From assembly GCA_037127795.1 (NCBI GenBank), contig JBAXXQ010000001.1:335505-399504 (forward strand): DNA of 64,000 nt, given 5' to 3'. Under the pieces are notes generated by a model. It was not told the origin of the DNA. It did no database searches and worked only from the letters and a program-made list of their open reading frames with translations. Each line of letters opens with the position of its first letter. The stretch's first letter is position 1. The position numbers and the translations under genes were made by a program. Shown here piece after piece: positions 48,868 to 58,627 of this stretch. Source of the stretch: a bacterium (GTDB taxonomy: Bacteria; Patescibacteriota; Minisyncoccia; Phycocordibacterales; UBA9973).

Positions 48868-50757
48868 TTAGTCTTTCTTTTCTTCTGCGGTGGTATCGCG
48901 AATTTCTTCGGGTTGTGGCTCTGCAGTGTTTGTTTGTGATGCTTCAGAATTTTTTGCAATGTGTTCCCCTATTTTCTGCATTTCTGTAGAAAGTTCGTGA
49001 GTCTTTGTTGCAATAAGTTCTTTATCATCGCCATCTTTTGCAGACTTGAGCTCTGCGATTTTTGCAGTCACACTTGTTTTGATTTCTTCAGTGATATTTG
49101 CACCATGATCAGCAAGTGCTTTTTCTGCTGAGAAGATAGTCATTTCTGCAGTGTTTTTTGCGTCAGCCATATCTTTCTTTTTTGCATCAGATTCAGCGTT
49201 CATCTCTGCATCTTTTTTCATACGTTCGATATCTTCTGGAGTAAGTCCACTTGAAGCCTCGATACGGATACTTTGTTCTTTACTTGTTGCTTTGTCTTTT
49301 GCTTTTACAGAAAGAATACCGTTTGAGTCTACATCAAAAGAAACTTCAATTTGTGGCATACCTCGTGGTGCTGGAGTAATACCATCAAGAACAAATCTTC
49401 CGATAGTCTTGTTGTCTGCTGCCATAGGGCGCTCACCTTGCACAATATGAATCTCTACAGATGGTTGGTTATCTACTGCAGTAGAAAATGTTTGTGACTT
49501 TGATGAAGGGATAGTAGTGTTGCGTTCTATGAGCTTTGTTGCTACGCCACCAAGTGTTTCGATACCGAGAGAAAGTGGGATCACGTCGAGCAAAAGCACA
49601 TCGCGGACATCTCCTTGGAGTACGCCACCTTGTACTGCTGCACCGAGGGCTACTACTTCGTCTGGGTTGATAGAACGGTTTGGTTCTTTACCACCAAAGA
49701 GCTTCTTTACCTCTTCAACAATCTTTGGCATACGAGTCTGACCTCCTACGAGGATTACTTCGTTTATCTCAGACATCTTGAAAGGACTTGCTTCGAGCGC
49801 GCGCTTGGTGATTTCTATTGAGCGAGCAATATATTCATCTGCGATACTTTCGAGTTGTGCACGAGTCATTTTGATGAGCAAGTGTTGTGGGCCTTCTGCG
49901 GTAGAAGTAATAAACGGAATATTTATTTCTGTTTCTATTGCAGTAGAAAGCTCAATCTTTGCTTTTTCTGCGGCTTCGTCGAGACGTTGCTTGGCGAGTG
50001 GATCATTCATGATATCTACTCCTGAAGTCTTTTTGAATTCATCGGCGATCCATTGCATGATCTTTTGATCAATATCGCGACCTCCCATCATTGAGTCTCC
50101 ATCGGTTGATTTTACTTCGATAGATTGTTGGTCATCAATATCTGAAACTTCGAGTACAGACACGTCGAATGTTCCTCCTCCGAAGTCGTATACTACAATC
50201 TTTTCATTTTTCTTTGTGTTGAATCCGTATGCAAGCGCTGCTGCAGTAGGCTCATTGATAATACGTTTTACATCAAGCCCTGCAATTGCACCAGCATCTT
50301 TTGTTGCTTTTCTTTGTGCATCATTGAAGTATGCAGGAACTGTAATAATGGCTTCGGTAACTTTTTCACCCAATTTTGCTTCTACATCTGCTTTGATTTT
50401 TTGCAAAATCATTGCTGATATTTCTTCTGGGCGATAGTCTTTGTCTCCCATTTTTACCATAGCACCACCTTCTGGACCTTTTGATACAGCAAATGCTGAC
50501 CCTTTGATCACCTTGGTCACTTCATCGTATGCGTGTCCCATAAAACGCTTGATACCATAGATAGTATTTGCAGGGTTGGTTACCGCTTGGCGTTTTGCGA
50601 GAAGTCCGACGAGTGTGTCACCGTTTTTTGCCTTTGCGACAATAGATGGTGTTGTTCGTGCACCTTCAATATTTTCAATTATTTTTGGCTGACCACCTTC
50701 AATGATAGATACAGCCGAATTTGTTGTTCCTAAATCGATTCCAATTATTTTTGCCAT
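48868..50757 (-). CDS. dnaK: chaperone DnaK
   Basis: [33 protein letters not shown]. Confidence 0.98.
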   Translation of the reverse strand: MAKIIGIDLGTTNSAVSIIEGGQPKIIENIEGARTTPSIVAKAKNGDTLVGLLAKRQAVTNPANTIYGIKRFMGHAYDEVTKVIKGSAFAVSKGPEGGAMVKMGDKDYRPEEISAMILQKIKADVEAKLGEKVTEAIITVPAYFNDAQRKATKDAGAIAGLDVKRIINEPTAAALAYGFNTKKNEKIVVYDFGGGTFDVSVLEVSDIDDQQSIEVKSTDGDSMMGGRDIDQKIMQWIADEFKKTSGVDIMNDPLAKQRLDEAAEKAKIELSTAIETEINIPFITSTAEGPQHLLIKMTRAQLESIADEYIARSIEITKRALEASPFKMSEINEVILVGGQTRMPKIVEEVKKLFGGKEPNRSINPDEVVALGAAVQGGVLQGDVRDVLLLDVIPLSLGIETLGGVATKLIERNTTIPSSKSQTFSTAVDNQPSVEIHIVQGERPMAADNKTIGRFVLDGITPAPRGMPQIEVSFDVDSNGILSVKAKDKATSKEQSIRIEASSGLTPEDIERMKKDAEMNAESDAKKKDMADAKNTAEMTIFSAEKALADHGANITEEIKTSVTAKIAELKSAKDGDDKELIATKTHELSTEMQKIGEHIAKNSEASQTNTAEPQPEEIRDTTAEEKKD

Positions 50758-50765
50758 ATATAAAA

Positions 50766-50789
50766 AGACTATTAAGTTAATAATAGTCT
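50766..50789. promoter_or_regulatory. perfect 9-bp inverted repeat between dnaK promoter and start
   Basis: AGACTATTA-N6-TAATAGTCT, immediately downstream of TTGCAA...TATAAT on the - strand. Confidence 0.55.
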
Positions 50790-50844
50790 AATTATATAAA
50801 AACCTTTTTATTTTTGCAAGTTTTTCGTGAACACTAAAAAAGTG

Positions 50845-51435
50845 TTAATTTACTGCTTTTTCTGATAGTTTTTTGTATAGAAGTGTTGTTGAGATCTTTG
50901 ACAAAGGTATCGTATAGAGTATACCAACAAAGAGACAAAGGAATCCAAGAATGTTTATAAGCCCCATAAGACAACAGAACCAGAATATTTTCCATCGGTA
51001 TCCTTTTGTAATACGTTTACTTTCTTTAAGAGCAGCCATTGGTTTGATCTGCTTTTCTACTGATATATACATAGCAAACATAAGACGTATTGCAAATATA
51101 ATACCAGGGACAATAAGAAGTATTAACCCTCCTACTATAGAAAGTCCTATAAGTAAGAGTGTGCAGATAAAGTAAATAAAATGTTTGAAAGTTACTCCTT
51201 CAAATGCCTCCTCAAAACTAAATGAACCCTTTTTTACATATGATAGAGACCATCTAATAACAAGAAATATAGTAATAAAGCTTCCAATAAGAGCACCTCG
51301 CCCGAATAGTACTGAAAATAAAATTGCTAATATAAAAGAAATAAATAAATATTGTCCTATAGCTTTTAGTCTATGAGGCTTCAGAATTGCTGTTGCTTCT
51401 TTAAGTATTTCGCGATTTGAAAATGTTTGTTTCAT
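50845..51435 (-). CDS. DUF975-like integral membrane protein
   Basis: GLILLIVPGIIFAIRL...ALKESKRITKGYRWKIF. Confidence 0.8.
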   Translation of the reverse strand: MKQTFSNREILKEATAILKPHRLKAIGQYLFISFILAILFSVLFGRGALIGSFITIFLVIRWSLSYVKKGSFSFEEAFEGVTFKHFIYFICTLLLIGLSIVGGLILLIVPGIIFAIRLMFAMYISVEKQIKPMAALKESKRITKGYRWKIFWFCCLMGLINILGFLCLFVGILYTIPLSKISTTLLYKKLSEKAVN

Positions 51436-51551
51436 ATTTGTACCACTATTATAATGGTATGATTATTTTTAATAAATTAATTGTAGCATAAAATACACAT
51501 ATGTCAAATACTGTATCTTGCAAATATACTATATTGTTGTAAAATAAGGAT

Positions 51552-52082
51552 ATGGCAGATTTTTCTAAAAAAATCCTCAAAATATTGACCGAAAAGCCGG
51601 CTGTGGCTATTTCGGATATAAATATGCGTATTGGTACTGATAAAGCAGATAAAAAGGCTGTATACGCGACTACACGCTCATTAAAAGCCCTTTCTGATGG
51701 TGGCTTTGTAGAATCTGTATCTTCTATCGGAGACGAGCAATATGCGCGTTTGACCAAGCTCGGTAAACAAAAGGCGCACAGTGTCGCAGTGGAACAAGAT
51801 ACCGCCCTAGTGTCTCATAATTGGGATGGTAAATGGCGGATCATACTGCTCGATATTCCAGAATCTCGTAAAAACGAACGCGAGAGTTTGCGGTACCTCC
51901 TCAAAAAAGCAAACTTTGTGTGTCTCAAAAACTCTGCATGGGTTTCCCCTTTCCCCTACGAGCACCTCTTTACCAATATCAAAAAAGATCTCGAGCTCAC
52001 AACAGAAATGACTATTATTGTGACAGATAGTATTGACGAAGTTTCGCACCAGGAGCTTCTCAATGTCTTTGGAGGAAAATAA
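51552..52082 (+). CDS. PaaX-like regulator (wHTH plus Cas2-like domain)
   Basis: RLTKLG...WDGKWRIILLDIPESRKNERESLR...LKNSAWVSP. Confidence 0.8.
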   Translation: MADFSKKILKILTEKPAVAISDINMRIGTDKADKKAVYATTRSLKALSDGGFVESVSSIGDEQYARLTKLGKQKAHSVAVEQDTALVSHNWDGKWRIILLDIPESRKNERESLRYLLKKANFVCLKNSAWVSPFPYEHLFTNIKKDLELTTEMTIIVTDSIDEVSHQELLNVFGGK

Positions 52083-52119
52083 AAAAAACACTTCATTCGC
52101 GAAGTGTTTTTTTTGTGGA

Positions 52120-52677
52120 TTATTTTATTGCGTACACTTTTACTCTCGCAGGTCTGAGAACTTTTTCACCAAGCAAATAACCTTGTTGTACTACTGCGGC
52201 AATAGTGTGATCTTTTGTTACATCTTCTGTTTCTACAGATTCTATAGATTCGTGCATGTATGCATCAAAAGAGTCCCCTATTTTTGCCGGAATAATTGAA
52301 ACATTTTTGTCATTGAGTGCTTTGAGAAATTGCTGGTAGATGTATTCTACGCCAGTGCGCCAAGTCGGCTCTACTTTTTCCCAAGCCTGCACGTTGCTAA
52401 ATGCCATTGCAAAACTATCGAGGGTCGGAAGAAGGTCTTCGATGAAGGATTCTTCTACGAGTGCGCGAACACGCTTTTTGTCTTCATCAGAAGTTTTTTG
52501 TAGGTTTGCATAGTCTGCACGCGCTCTTTGCCAGCCGTCGAGATATTCAGCTTTTTCTTTTTCAAGAAGTTTTATTTTGTCTTGTAGCTTTTTTACTTTT
52601 GCTGCACCACCGAGCTCGATACCCTCCTCTGTGCTTTCTTCAAAAACTACGTCATTGTCTAGATTTTCTGGTTCCAT
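52120..52677 (-). CDS. grpE: nucleotide exchange factor GrpE
   Basis: WQRARADYAN, LLPTLD, FD...HE, QQGY...LRPARV. Confidence 0.95.
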   Translation of the reverse strand: MEPENLDNDVVFEESTEEGIELGGAAKVKKLQDKIKLLEKEKAEYLDGWQRARADYANLQKTSDEDKKRVRALVEESFIEDLLPTLDSFAMAFSNVQAWEKVEPTWRTGVEYIYQQFLKALNDKNVSIIPAKIGDSFDAYMHESIESVETEDVTKDHTIAAVVQQGYLLGEKVLRPARVKVYAIK

Positions 52678-52706
52678 ATAGAGCTATTATACAGAAAAAT
52701 GGTAAT

Positions 52707-52970
52707 AAAAAAAGCTTGCCTAAATGTGGCAAGCTTACTATATATTGAGTTATTATTTGCAGCTAGTCCGCATATTTTAAATAAGATACTAATCTATAAC
52801 TAATACTGGCCTAGTATTAGAACGGAATTGTCCACTTCCAGACTTCCTTTATGGATGTTCTACAAAAATATCGTATGCGGGGTTTTATCCACTCCTTGTC
52901 TTAGGTGGTTCTGTAACAACAGAATATCCTCTTAAGAGTACAAACAAGTTTAACGAACAGATAAGCGCTT
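52707..52970 (-). ncRNA. candidate structured non-coding RNA (about 265 nt)
   Basis: TTGACT (53001-53006)-17-TACTAT promoter, no ORF, nested helices, intrinsic terminator 52707-52736. Confidence 0.55.
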
Positions 52971-53094
52971 AAAAAGTATAGTACTCTTATTTTTTTTGTA
53001 AGTCAAACAAAAAACACCCTATTTCTAAGGTGTTTTATAGCTTTAAGATTATAGAAGTACTACGATATAAGTCAAAAAAGCCCCTAAAGGGCTT

Positions 53095-53508
53095 TTAGTA
53101 GAGCGCTGCATACATAGTAGTATCTAATGGTTTGTGTAACCATAAATACTTTCTAACACCTACCTTGTACTGATCTTTTGAGAATTTATAATAAACAATA
53201 CCTGGAACAAATAACCATCCAGACTTTGCTTTCAAAATAGTACCAGGAAATAATAATAACATTGACTTCTTTGGTAATAAATCAGGGCAACTAATTACTT
53301 GCTTCATTGTATGTATATTGCAAAGTTGTTTATTGCTATCTTTTTTATAAAATTCTAAAACATCACGGATTACAGGTATGAAGCTTCCTTCAAAACTTGT
53401 AAGATGTTCACGACAGAAAGAATATTGAATTTGGTCTATATGACATAAATCATTATTTTCAGTATTACTTTCTATTGTTGAAAAGGCATATTCTTTTATA
53501 CTAGACAT
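53095..53508 (-). CDS. hypothetical protein (AT-rich cassette)
   Basis: TTGACT (53548-53553) promoter; PDLLP...LFPGTI...G..FVP...WL motif. Confidence 0.7.
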   Translation of the reverse strand: MSSIKEYAFSTIESNTENNDLCHIDQIQYSFCREHLTSFEGSFIPVIRDVLEFYKKDSNKQLCNIHTMKQVISCPDLLPKKSMLLLFPGTILKAKSGWLFVPGIVYYKFSKDQYKVGVRKYLWLHKPLDTTMYAALY

Positions 53509-53554
53509 ATAACATATTTTTATTTACTTTATATAAAATAAATAATAAGTCAAA

Positions 53555-53590
53555 TAAAAATACTCCCGATATAACCGGGAGTATTTTTAT
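53555..53590 (-). terminator. terminator after rpsI
   Basis: AAAAATACTCCCG/CGGGAGTATTTTT. Confidence 0.85.
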
Positions 53591-53591
53591 A

Positions 53592-54005
53592 CTAACGCTT
53601 ACTCCATTGTGGAGCTTTACGAGCTTTCTTGAGACCGAATTTACGACGTTCTTTTGCACGAGCATCACGCTTGAGGAAGCCTGCTTGCTTGAGTGCTGTC
53701 TTGTCTTCTTCGTTTTCGATAACAAGTGCACGAGAGATACCATGACGTACCGCTTCTGATTGGCCGTGGATACCACCACCATTTACGTGTACTGTTACAG
53801 CAAAGTGACCTTTTTGATCTGTAGAAACAAATGGACTTGTTACGATCTTTTGCATGTCCTCTGTAGGAAAGTATGTTGCAACATCTTTATCATTTATCAA
53901 AATAGAAGTCTTTGGTGCAGCGCTGATACGTACGCGAGCAGTAGCAGTTTTGCGGCGACCGATAGCCTCTGTGTATTTTTTACCTGTTGTTGTTTTCTTT
54001 TCCAT
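53592..54005 (-). CDS. rpsI: 30S ribosomal protein S9
   Basis: [28 protein letters not shown]. Confidence 0.97.
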   Translation of the reverse strand: MEKKTTTGKKYTEAIGRRKTATARVRISAAPKTSILINDKDVATYFPTEDMQKIVTSPFVSTDQKGHFAVTVHVNGGGIHGQSEAVRHGISRALVIENEEDKTALKQAGFLKRDARAKERRKFGLKKARKAPQWSKR

Positions 54006-54006
54006 A

Positions 54007-54351
54007 TTATTCAGAGATTGTTAAATGTTTTAAAAATTCGACTTGCAATTTATTCTTTGGAAGCATTCCTTTTACTGCAGTGCGAAGTACTTCTGCGTAC
54101 CCTTTTTTGCCGATAACGTGCTTCATTGTTGACTCTTTAAGTCCACCTGGGTATCCAGAGAAAGAAAGATATGTCTTTTCATCAAGCTTTTGTTGAGCAA
54201 TTTTGAGCTTACTTGCATTAGTAACGATAACAGTATTAGTAGATACTGTGTTTCGAGCAAATGAAGTATCATTTTTACCCATCAAAAGAGTTGCAACTTC
54301 AGTCGCTACCCGTCCCATTGATTTATTTGTTGCGTCGATTGTGTATTCCAT
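54007..54351 (-). CDS. rplM: 50S ribosomal protein L13 (short)
   Basis: IDA...[21 protein letters not shown]. Confidence 0.95.
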   Translation of the reverse strand: MEYTIDATNKSMGRVATEVATLLMGKNDTSFARNTVSTNTVIVTNASKLKIAQQKLDEKTYLSFSGYPGGLKESTMKHVIGKKGYAEVLRTAVKGMLPKNKLQVEFLKHLTISE

Positions 54352-54355
54352 ATAA

Positions 54356-54709
54356 TTATACTAATTCTATTACTGCCATCTTACTACCATCACCTTTTCG
54401 TGGGGCGATCTTTGTAATACGAGTATAGCCACCTGCTCGTTCCATGTAGCGAGGAGCAATACCTGAGATAAGCTTTTCTACTGTTTCTGTATTGTTGTAG
54501 AAACCAGCAAGAAGAAGTTTGCGATTTGAAAGAGATGGGTTCTTTGCACGAGTAATAAGCTTTTCAATCTTTGGACGAAGTTCTTTTGCTTTTGCTTCTG
54601 TAGTCAAAACGCGCTCTTCCAGGATGATAGCTTGGGCAAGTCCACGCACAAGCGCAACACGCTGGTTTTTTGATCTATTAAATTTTCTGTTTGCGTTGTG
54701 GTGTCTCAT
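54356..54709 (-). CDS. rplQ: 50S ribosomal protein L17
   Basis: MRH, TTEAKAKE, GGYTRI, RKGD. Confidence 0.97.
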   Translation of the reverse strand: MRHHNANRKFNRSKNQRVALVRGLAQAIILEERVLTTEAKAKELRPKIEKLITRAKNPSLSNRKLLLAGFYNNTETVEKLISGIAPRYMERAGGYTRITKIAPRKGDGSKMAVIELV

Positions 54710-54733
54710 ATATCGGTACTATCTTATAGCAAA

Positions 54734-55738
54734 TTAATCTTTCAATGACAAGTCGAACTTCATGAGTGCTTCTTGTATTTCTTGTACGCCCTTATCGCCG
54801 ATCCCGTCTATTTCTAGAAGATCACTTGCGTGCTTGCGTGCAACTCCTCCGACTGTGCGGATATTTGCAGCTGCAAGAGCATTCAAGGTACGTGTAGAAA
54901 GGCCGATAGTGTCGATACGGTTTTTTAGAACATCAGTTACGTCTGGTTCTTCTTCTGCTTTTACTTCAGCAACTTCTATAACTTCTTCTTCCATTACTGG
55001 AGCGTGCTTGATTTGCATACGAGCTTGTACATCTTTGATTGCACTATCTGCATCAATTTCTACAATTGCGGCGAGTTGTTCAATCATGATTTTTACTGAA
55101 GTTTCAAAAGCGTCTTTTGGAGAAATACTACCATCTGTTTCGATAGTAAGACGAAGACGGTTGAAGTTTGTCTTGTCGCCAACACGCATTTCTTCTACAT
55201 CGTAACTTGCGCGACGAATTGGAGAAAAGATTGCATCTAAGAAAATAGTACCAATTTCTGCCTTTTGTTTGTGATGTTGATCACGAGTAAGGAAACCAAG
55301 ACCACGTTCGATAGTGATTTCTGCTGAAAAACCATTCTTGCCTGTTATTTCACAAATGTATTGATCTTTGTTTATGATTTCAACACTTCCGTTTGTTGCA
55401 ATATCTGCACCAGTAACAACCTTTGGTCCTTTTGCTGAGATAGTAACCTTTTGTGGTTCATCACCTACGAGAGCAAAACGGAGATTTTTGAGGTGGAGCA
55501 AAATAGTAATAACATCTTCTTTAACCCCTTCAAGAGTAGAAAATTCATGTGAAGCGCCGTCGATTTTTACAGATGTAATAGCTGCACCTGGGATAGATGA
55601 CAAAATAATACGTCGCAATGAGTTTCCTAATGTGTAGCCGTACCCTGGTACGAGACCGTCTATTTCATATACACCTTTGTGAGTGTCTTCTTGAACTTTT
55701 CTTGGTTTTGATGGAAGAATTATGTTTTGGTCAGTCAT
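54734..55738 (-). CDS. rpoA: RNA polymerase alpha subunit
   Basis: GYGYTLGNSLRRIILSS, HEFSTLEGVKED, alpha-CTD LSTRTLNAL. Confidence 0.97.
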   Translation of the reverse strand: MTDQNIILPSKPRKVQEDTHKGVYEIDGLVPGYGYTLGNSLRRIILSSIPGAAITSVKIDGASHEFSTLEGVKEDVITILLHLKNLRFALVGDEPQKVTISAKGPKVVTGADIATNGSVEIINKDQYICEITGKNGFSAEITIERGLGFLTRDQHHKQKAEIGTIFLDAIFSPIRRASYDVEEMRVGDKTNFNRLRLTIETDGSISPKDAFETSVKIMIEQLAAIVEIDADSAIKDVQARMQIKHAPVMEEEVIEVAEVKAEEEPDVTDVLKNRIDTIGLSTRTLNALAAANIRTVGGVARKHASDLLEIDGIGDKGVQEIQEALMKFDLSLKD

Positions 55739-55787
55739 GGTTTTATATAGTACCATTATTTTGTAATAAATGCAATTTTATGTTCTA

Positions 55788-56387
55788 TTAACGACTATAG
55801 AACTCAAGAACTGTGTCGAATTGGAGGAAAGCTTCCTCATTTTTTGGCACTGCAATCACCTCAGCTTGCAAATCTTCAGGCACAAGCTTGAGCCATTTTG
55901 GCCATGTATAATTTTTTACTTTTGCTGTAAAGTCTGTAAATACAGGACTCTTTCGTGAACCTTCACGTACGGCGATAATATCTCCAACACGAACTTGTAG
56001 TGAAGGGATAGTTACCTTTGTACCATTTACTGTAAAGTGACCGTGAGAAACGAGTTGACGAGCAAAACGACGTGTTCCAGCGAAACCGAGACGGTATACT
56101 ACGTTGTCGAGACGATCTTCGAGTAATACGTATAGGTTGTCTGTAGCAATACCTTTTGCGGCAACTGCCTTGTTTACATAGTTTTGGAGTTGTTTTTCAC
56201 TAAGACCGTATGATACGCGAACTTTTTGCTTTTCAATAAGCTGTGCACCGTATCCAGAAAGTTGTTTTGGACGCTTACTAACTTTTGCTTTTTTTGTTTC
56301 AGATGCAACGAACTTTGCTGTTTGACACTTTTCAAACATACCTGCTCCTAATCTTCGACAAATTTTGTATTTTGCTGCTGGTTTCAT
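55788..56387 (-). CDS. rpsD: 30S ribosomal protein S4
   Basis: QLIEKQKVR, LEDRLDNVVYRLG, ARQLVSHGH, EFYSR. Confidence 0.97.
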   Translation of the reverse strand: MKPAAKYKICRRLGAGMFEKCQTAKFVASETKKAKVSKRPKQLSGYGAQLIEKQKVRVSYGLSEKQLQNYVNKAVAAKGIATDNLYVLLEDRLDNVVYRLGFAGTRRFARQLVSHGHFTVNGTKVTIPSLQVRVGDIIAVREGSRKSPVFTDFTAKVKNYTWPKWLKLVPEDLQAEVIAVPKNEEAFLQFDTVLEFYSR

Positions 56388-56392
56388 AAAAA

Positions 56393-56824
56393 TTATACTC
56401 TTCGTGGTTTCTTAGCTTTTGGACCATTGTGTGGCACAGGGGTCATATCTTTTACTGATAAAAGTTCAACACCTGTAGCAACGTAGGCACGGATTAGTGG
56501 TTCACGACCACTACCAACACCACGTACTACTACGTGAGTCTCTTTTACACCGATAGCTGTTGCTTTTTCAGCAAGAATTTCTCCTACTTTTGAAGCAGCA
56601 AATGGTGTACCCTTTTTTGCACCTTTGAATCCGAGTGATCCAGCTGATGACCAGAAAAGTACATTACCTTTAGTGTCTGTTACTGAAGCTTTTGTATTAT
56701 TAAAAGTTGCTTCGATAGAGAGTACAGAAGTTACGAGTTTTTTCTTTGCTACGCGTGATGAAGCACGGCCACGATTTTGGTCGACTAGTTGTCCTTCTTG
56801 AGTTGCGATACGTTTTTTTCCCAT
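56393..56824 (-). CDS. rpsK: 30S ribosomal protein S11
   Basis: ATFNNT, GFKGAKKGTPFAA, TPVPHNG. Confidence 0.97.
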   Translation of the reverse strand: MGKKRIATQEGQLVDQNRGRASSRVAKKKLVTSVLSIEATFNNTKASVTDTKGNVLFWSSAGSLGFKGAKKGTPFAASKVGEILAEKATAIGVKETHVVVRGVGSGREPLIRAYVATGVELLSVKDMTPVPHNGPKAKKPRRV

Positions 56825-56846
56825 AGTATAAAATTATTATTAATTA

Positions 56847-57227
56847 TTATGTCTTACTTTCCTTACGGCGACCACTTGCCATGGTATTTCGAACATTACC
56901 ACGTACTGTACGAGAGTTTGTCTTTGTACGTTGACCGTTTACTGGCAACTTACGTGTGTGGCGAACCCCACGGTAACATTTGATATCTTTAAGGCGTTTT
57001 ACATTTGAAGCAACTTCACGCTTGAGGTTACCTTCAATAGTCATTGATTCAATAGATTTGCGGATTGCATTCTCTTGATCGATAGTAAGATCTGCAGGTT
57101 TTGCACTAGGCGCAACACCTACGTCAGCAAGTACTTTATGAGCTGTTGTTCTACCAACACCAAACAATGTTGTAAGGCCGATAGAGAGTTGTTTTTTTTC
57201 TGGGATAGTAATACCGAGGATACGCAT
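56847..57227 (-). CDS. rpsM: 30S ribosomal protein S13
   Basis: CYRGVRH...LPVNGQRTKTNSRT. Confidence 0.97.
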   Translation of the reverse strand: MRILGITIPEKKQLSIGLTTLFGVGRTTAHKVLADVGVAPSAKPADLTIDQENAIRKSIESMTIEGNLKREVASNVKRLKDIKCYRGVRHTRKLPVNGQRTKTNSRTVRGNVRNTMASGRRKESKT

Positions 57228-57238
57228 AATAATAAGGT

Positions 57239-57349
57239 TTATTGTTTCTGTTTATGTTTTGGATTTTCACAAATCACGAATAAATGGCGGTTGCGTTTTA
57301 CAACCTTGCATTTTGCACACATTTTTTTAACTGTTGCTCTGACTTTCAT
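57239..57349 (-). CDS. rpmJ: 50S ribosomal protein L36
   Basis: [36 protein letters not shown] (missed by ORF track). Confidence 0.96.
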   Translation of the reverse strand: MKVRATVKKMCAKCKVVKRNRHLFVICENPKHKQKQ

Positions 57350-57371
57350 TGCGGTGGCAAGTATACACTAA

Positions 57372-57578
57372 TTATAATCTTCTGACAACTCTTCCTTTTC
57401 CACCGTATGGATCAAGCAACACTTCGACAGTATCGCCTACAATAACTTTTATGCGGTGTAATCTCATTTTTCCTGCTAAATATGCAACGAGGATATCGCC
57501 ATTTTCGAGCTCAACACGAAACATGGTGTTTGGTAGTGCTTCTTGGACGACTCCTTTTGCTATTTGCTGTTCTGACAT
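57372..57578 (-). CDS. infA: translation initiation factor IF-1
   Basis: [23 protein letters not shown]. Confidence 0.96.
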   Translation of the reverse strand: MSEQQIAKGVVQEALPNTMFRVELENGDILVAYLAGKMRLHRIKVIVGDTVEVLLDPYGGKGRVVRRL

Positions 57579-57610
57579 GAAGAACCCTGATTGTAATATA
57601 AGTGAGATTT

Positions 57611-58627
57611 TTAGTCAACTTTTACTAGTATTCGTTCTTTTTTTGTAGGAAAAGATGATGCCCAAAATGGGTACATTGAGAAAGATCCTGTATCAATTTC
57701 TTTATATTTTGCCAAAATACTATCAAAAGAACCGCGACGTACACCCACGAGAGAGCTTTGTATATCGCTCGGAAGTACTTTAGTAATAAGGGTTCCTTGG
57801 CCAGTGATAGAAATAGTAAATTCATTTGGGATAGTATTGGGATCTGCAGGTGGTGCAGAGATAGGTTTGATTTGAAGGTTCCCTATTTCCAAAATAGAAA
57901 CTTCTGGGTATGTAGTATCTCCACGAAGTACTACAGAGGCAATTGCCTGTTCAAGAATTTCTTTATTGATCAAATAACTCGTCATAGTCCCATGTGCAAC
58001 GACAGGAAATGCGACATCAGTACCAGTAAAATTGATACTATTTTTATCAAAAAAGAAAAATTGTAAATCTGGTGATAGTAAAAGATTGTCTGGAATTTGT
58101 GTGCGTGTTTCTCTTTTGAGACGTTCAAAAAGATCTGCATTGAGCATGTTTACAATACTATCTTTTTGATCATCAGGAAGTTGGTAGCTAAATACTTTTG
58201 CAGAGACCGGTACGATAGGTACTACAGTAGTAATAGTTTTTTTCTTACCTTTTACGATAATAGTTTTTTTGATTGTTTGTTGTGTGGGAGTTTTGTTGGT
58301 AAAAGGTGCTTGTGTGCCGATTACCTGGCGAGCTGATTGATCTACTACTTTGACGATTTGAAAAGGAATATCCCCTGCTTGAGCTTTTGATTCATGAACA
58401 AGAGTAAAACGCTCATCGGTAAGTGAAAATGGGATTTTGCGCTCAGTTATAGAGACGTGCGCGCGAGTATTTATAACTCCAATAAAGTATACGAGGACCA
58501 AAATAACCACTATCCCACCCCAAAAACTAATATATGACAATACTGATTTTTTTTGTGGGGCTATGTATTCCTCTACGTAGGAATCTTTTTTTGGATGTTT
58601 TTTTTGTAATATGTCGTAAAGCTTCAT
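57611..58627 (-). CDS. membrane-anchored hypothetical protein (partner of FtsA-like gene)
   Basis: N-terminal TM; C-terminal YPFWASSFP; overlaps upstream gene by 4 nt. Confidence 0.7.
   Translation of the reverse strand: MKLYDILQKKHPKKDSYVEEYIAPQKKSVLSYISFWGGIVVILVLVYFIGVINTRAHVSITERKIPFSLTDERFTLVHESKAQAGDIPFQIVKVVDQSARQVIGTQAPFTNKTPTQQTIKKTIIVKGKKKTITTVVPIVPVSAKVFSYQLPDDQKDSIVNMLNADLFERLKRETRTQIPDNLLLSPDLQFFFFDKNSINFTGTDVAFPVVAHGTMTSYLINKEILEQAIASVVLRGDTTYPEVSILEIGNLQIKPISAPPADPNTIPNEFTISITGQGTLITKVLPSDIQSSLVGVRRGSFDSILAKYKEIDTGSFSMYPFWASSFPTKKERILVKVD

Noticed and set aside
51552-52082. Cas2/CRISPR system
   Set aside because: The Cas2-like segment is the PaaX central domain; no cas1 and no repeat-spacer array seen in the window
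52740-52930. RNase P-like words (ACAGAACC and AGGAAGUCUGG) in the candidate ncRNA
   Set aside because: They occur in reverse order relative to RNase P conserved regions and the P4 pairing is weak; insufficient for a call
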